Positions 61,429 through 64,000 of a stretch of DNA of 64,000 bases are shown piece by piece. This DNA is from Oscillospiraceae bacterium (lineage in GTDB: Bacteria; Bacillota; Clostridia; Oscillospirales; Oscillospiraceae), in NCBI GenBank assembly GCA_017447645.1, contig JAFSNA010000095.1, forward strand, positions 295-64,294. The letters run 5' to 3'. How positions within the stretch are numbered: position 1 is the stretch's first letter; each line of letters opens with the position of its first letter. A program made the translations under genes and the position numbers. The notes below the pieces were generated by a model. The model ran no database searches, had not been told where the DNA came from, and saw only the letters and a list, made by a program, of their open reading frames with translations.

Positions 61429-62160
61429 ATGTCCATCCCCACCCCCCATATCAACGCCAAGGCCGGCGAGATCGCCAAGACCGTGCTGATGCCGGGCGAT
61501 CCGCTGCGCGCGAAATTCATCGCCGAGACCTTTCTGACCGATCCGAAGCTCGTCAACAACGTGCGCGGCGTGCAGGGCCACACCGGCACCTGGAAGGGCG
61601 TGCCCGTCACGGTCATGGCCTCCGGCATGGGCATCCCCTCGATCAGCATCTACAGCTGGGAGCTGTATCACTACTACGACGTGGACAACATCATCCGCAT
61701 CGGCTCGGCCGGCGCGCTGAGCGACGAGCTCGACGTCATGGACATCGTTATCGGCCAGGGCGCCTGCACCAACTCAGTCCTCCCCAGCACCTTCGGCACC
61801 CCCGGGCTCTACGCTCCGATCGCGGACTACACGCTGCTGCAGAAGGCCGTCGAGGCCGCCGAGGAGCATAAGGCGAAATTCCTGGTCGGCAACATCCTCT
61901 CCGCGGACAACTTCTATTCCGCCGAGGGGCAGAACCCCAACGACGCGTGGAAACGCATGGGCGTGCTCGCCGTCGAGATGGAGGCGGCGGGGCTCTATGC
62001 CAACGCAGCCTACGCGAAGAAGCGCGCGCTGTGCATCTGCACGATCTCCGACCATCTCTACAAGCATCAGTACCTCTCGGCCGAGGAGCGCCAGACCTCC
62101 TTCACGCAAATGATGGAAATTGCCCTCGATACGGCCGTGAAAATGGCAGAGATCAAATAA
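61429..62160 (+). CDS. deoD: Purine nucleoside phosphorylase, DeoD type
   Basis: TPHINAKAGEIAKTVLMPGDPLRAKFIAE...MASGMGIPS. Confidence 0.95.
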   Translation: MSIPTPHINAKAGEIAKTVLMPGDPLRAKFIAETFLTDPKLVNNVRGVQGHTGTWKGVPVTVMASGMGIPSISIYSWELYHYYDVDNIIRIGSAGALSDELDVMDIVIGQGACTNSVLPSTFGTPGLYAPIADYTLLQKAVEAAEEHKAKFLVGNILSADNFYSAEGQNPNDAWKRMGVLAVEMEAAGLYANAAYAKKRALCICTISDHLYKHQYLSAEERQTSFTQMMEIALDTAVKMAEIK

Positions 62161-62163
62161 GAA

Positions 62164-62200
62164 CAGATCCGCAGCCCAGCCGCGGGCGGGTGCGGATCTG
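62164..62200 (+). other. Hairpin after deoD (CAGATCCGCA...TGCGGATCTG), no T run
   Basis: 10-bp perfect outer stem read directly. Confidence 0.5.
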
Positions 62201-62249
62201 AAAGGAAAAACAAGGTCGGCGGTCGATCGCGCCGGGGAAACAAGGCGCG

Positions 62250-62324
62250 ATGACCTCACGGCCGTGTTTTGACGCGATGGAGATCGCGCTGGATACGGCC
62301 GTGAAAATGGCGGAGCTCAAATAA
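62250..62324 (+). pseudogene. deoD: Relic 3' end of a second deoD allele (encodes ...MEIALDTAVKMAELK-stop)
   Basis: 62277-62361 repeats 62113-62197 (last 15 deoD codons plus hairpin). Five of the six differences within those codons are synonymous (one Ile to Leu). Confidence 0.65.
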
Positions 62325-62372
62325 AATAACAGATCCGCAGCCCGGCCGCGGGCGGGCGGATTCCGCACGAAA

Positions 62373-62406
62373 CGGGCAGGACGACGAAAAAGTCCCGCCC
62401 GCTTTT
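62373..62406 (+). terminator. Intrinsic terminator after the deoD relic
   Basis: CGGGCAGGAC-n9-GTCCCGCCCG followed by CTTTT. Confidence 0.6.
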
Positions 62407-62454
62407 CCTTTCCTGCACAGTTTTTTCAAATCCGTACAAATCCGAGGATAACGC

Positions 62455-62483
62455 TTGATTTGACGCTCCGGGAATGATATAAT
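62455..62483 (+). promoter_or_regulatory. Promoter TTGATT-17-TATAAT for the BMP/ABC operon
   Basis: Hexamers read directly. Confidence 0.55.
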
Positions 62484-62545
62484 GTCCTGCGGTATGTGAA
62501 AACACACCGATGGGACAAAACAAAAATTTTAATGGAGGAACAAAC

Positions 62546-63664
62546 ATGAAAAAGATTCTCGCACTCGTCCTCGCGCTGTGCATGATCTTCGCGCTCGCCG
62601 CCTGCGGCAAAAAGGCTGAGGCTCCTGCCAGCTCCAACCCTGCCGACGCGATCGCCGACGAAATGACGTCTAAAGACGGCAAGTACACCGTCGCCTTCGT
62701 TACCGACGTCGGCCAGCTGAAGGACAAGTCCTTCAACCAGGGCACCTATGACGGCGTCAAGCTCTTCGCGGCCGATGCCGGCGTGAGCTACAAGTACTAC
62801 CAGCCCGCCAACGGCGATCAGGCCACCGACGACGACCGCTACAACGCCATGAAGGCCGCTGTCGACGGCGGCGCCTCCGTCATCGTCTGCGCCGGCTTCA
62901 TGCAGGGCGGCGCTCTCGAGAGAGCTGCGAAGGACTTCCCCGAAGTCAAGTTCGTCTTCATTGACGGCTGGAGCCTCGGCCTGCCCAACGTCGTGGGCAT
63001 CGCCTTCAAAGAAGAGCAGTGCGGCTTCCTCGCCGGCTACGCGGCCGTCATGGAAGGCTACACCAAGCTCGGCTTCTGCGGCGGCGGCGGCGGCACGAAC
63101 CCCGCTGTCAACCGTTACGGCTACGGCTACGTTCAGGGCGCCGAGGCGGCTGCTGCCGTCAAGGGCGTGAACGTCGAGATGAACTACACCTTCCTCTACG
63201 GCGCTTCCTTCCAGGCTTCCCCCGAGCTGCAGACCCTCGTCTCCGGCTGGTATGAGAACGGCACTGAGGTCGTCTTCTCCTGCGGCGGCTCCATCTTCTC
63301 GTCCATCACCGCTGCCGCCTCCGCCAACGACGGCAAGGTCATCGGTGTCGACGTTGACCAGTCCGGCCAGTCCGACACCGTCATCACCTCCGCCCTCAAG
63401 GGCATCGGCGAGGCTGCCAAGCTCGCGCTCGAGGCCGCTATGAACGGCAAGTGGGAAGAGTTCGCCGGTGCTGACGGCGCCAAGACCCTCGGCGCTGCCG
63501 AAGGTGCCGTGGGCCTGCCCACCGCCACCTGGTCCCTCAAGAACTGGACCGTTGACGAGTACAACAAGATGTTCGAGGACATCAAGTCCGGCGCTCTCGC
63601 CATCGACGACAACTTCGAGAACCTCGCCTCCACCGAGCACGTCGCTCTGAACATCGTCGAGTAA
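62546..63664 (+). CDS. BMP-family (PnrA-like) nucleoside-binding ABC substrate-binding lipoprotein
   Basis: Lipobox FALAACG. VAFVTDVGQLKDKSFNQGTYDG pattern. ATG after GGAGGA. Confidence 0.85.
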   Translation: MKKILALVLALCMIFALAACGKKAEAPASSNPADAIADEMTSKDGKYTVAFVTDVGQLKDKSFNQGTYDGVKLFAADAGVSYKYYQPANGDQATDDDRYNAMKAAVDGGASVIVCAGFMQGGALERAAKDFPEVKFVFIDGWSLGLPNVVGIAFKEEQCGFLAGYAAVMEGYTKLGFCGGGGGTNPAVNRYGYGYVQGAEAAAAVKGVNVEMNYTFLYGASFQASPELQTLVSGWYENGTEVVFSCGGSIFSSITAAASANDGKVIGVDVDQSGQSDTVITSALKGIGEAAKLALEAAMNGKWEEFAGADGAKTLGAAEGAVGLPTATWSLKNWTVDEYNKMFEDIKSGALAIDDNFENLASTEHVALNIVE

Positions 63665-63682
63665 TTTTTCTCGAATCCAACC

Positions 63683-63715
63683 AAAAAAAGAAGCCCCGCC
63701 GGGGCTTCTTTTTTT
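63683..63715 (+). terminator. Intrinsic terminator / attenuator between the SBP and ATPase genes
   Basis: AAAAAAAGAAGCCCC-gcc-GGGGCTTCTTTTTTT. Confidence 0.85.
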
Positions 63716-63796
63716 ATTCTCTTTTATTGTCTTTTTCTTGCAAAAAGACCGCGTTCCCTTTATAATGAAAAAAGATTGATAAAGGCAGGTGAGCTC

Positions 63797-64000
63797 ATGG
63801 AGAACAGCCCCGAATACGTGATAGAAATGCTTCATATCACGAAGATCTTCCCCGGCATCGTCGCCAACGACGACATCACGCTCCAGCTCCGCCGCGGCGA
63901 GATCCACGCCCTGCTCGGTGAAAACGGCGCCGGCAAGTCCACGCTCATGAGCGTGCTCTTCGGCCTGTACCAGCCCGAGGCGGGCGAGATCCGCAAGAAC
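63797..64000 (+). CDS. ABC transporter ATP-binding protein (N-terminal fragment, continues beyond window)
   Basis: [25 protein letters not shown]...[16 protein letters not shown]. Confidence 0.85.
   Translation, partial: MENSPEYVIEMLHITKIFPGIVANDDITLQLRRGEIHALLGENGAGKSTLMSVLFGLYQPEAGEIRKN

Noticed and set aside
62153-62507. 71- to 161-aa ORFs around the deoD downstream region
   Set aside because: They overlap hairpins and the deoD relic and have no RBS. The 24-codon frame ending in MEIALDTAVKMAELK is interpreted as a gene remnant, not a new gene.

Overview
High-GC Firmicutes/Clostridia-type chromosomal segment. All calls come from reading the sequence and ORF track and from remembered family signatures; no searches were run. 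(1) Positions 1 to about 12450 are the right-hand part of an integrated mobilizable element. It encodes a large serine recombinase (truncated by the window edge), a MobV relaxase, a small HTH protein, a P4-type primase/helicase and a CHC2 zinc-finger protein. Its right junction lies inside a sigma-G-like sporulation sigma factor gene: only 99 sigG codons remain (12428-12748), still behind a forespore-type promoter. (2) The element carries a visibly AT-richer cargo island (about 5.0-11.9 kb). The island holds a ComF-like PRTase, a DprA/SLOG-like protein and a calcineurin-like phosphoesterase as a three-gene cassette flanked by direct repeats; this is the best candidate for an undescribed system. 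It also holds an AbiEi/AbiEii pair and a two-gene unknown module whose 505-aa protein has tandem HTH-like repeats. (3) The rest is core genome: mntP, rplJ-rplL, a guanine-type purine riboswitch plus adenine deaminase, a pseudouridine-kinase-like gene, glgP-glgD-glgC, pth, prs and prfB (no frameshift). It continues with a parvulin PPIase, a korDABC plus CoA-transferase plus SemiSWEET-like operon, and a LysR regulator. Further right are a TetR-MMPL-GLUG operon, a PF04392-type ABC transporter behind an unclassified terminator-containing leader, iorAB, and a tdk-udk-deoD-BMP nucleoside salvage cluster. Other points worth a second look: a ferredoxin-dependent-bilin-reductase-like gene coupled to a flavodoxin/4Fe-4S/SDR fusion, a BlaI/BlaR1-like pair with a non-canonical duplicated sensor, and a duplicated deoD 3' end. 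Many long ORFs in the track are antisense shadows of high-GC genes and were rejected.
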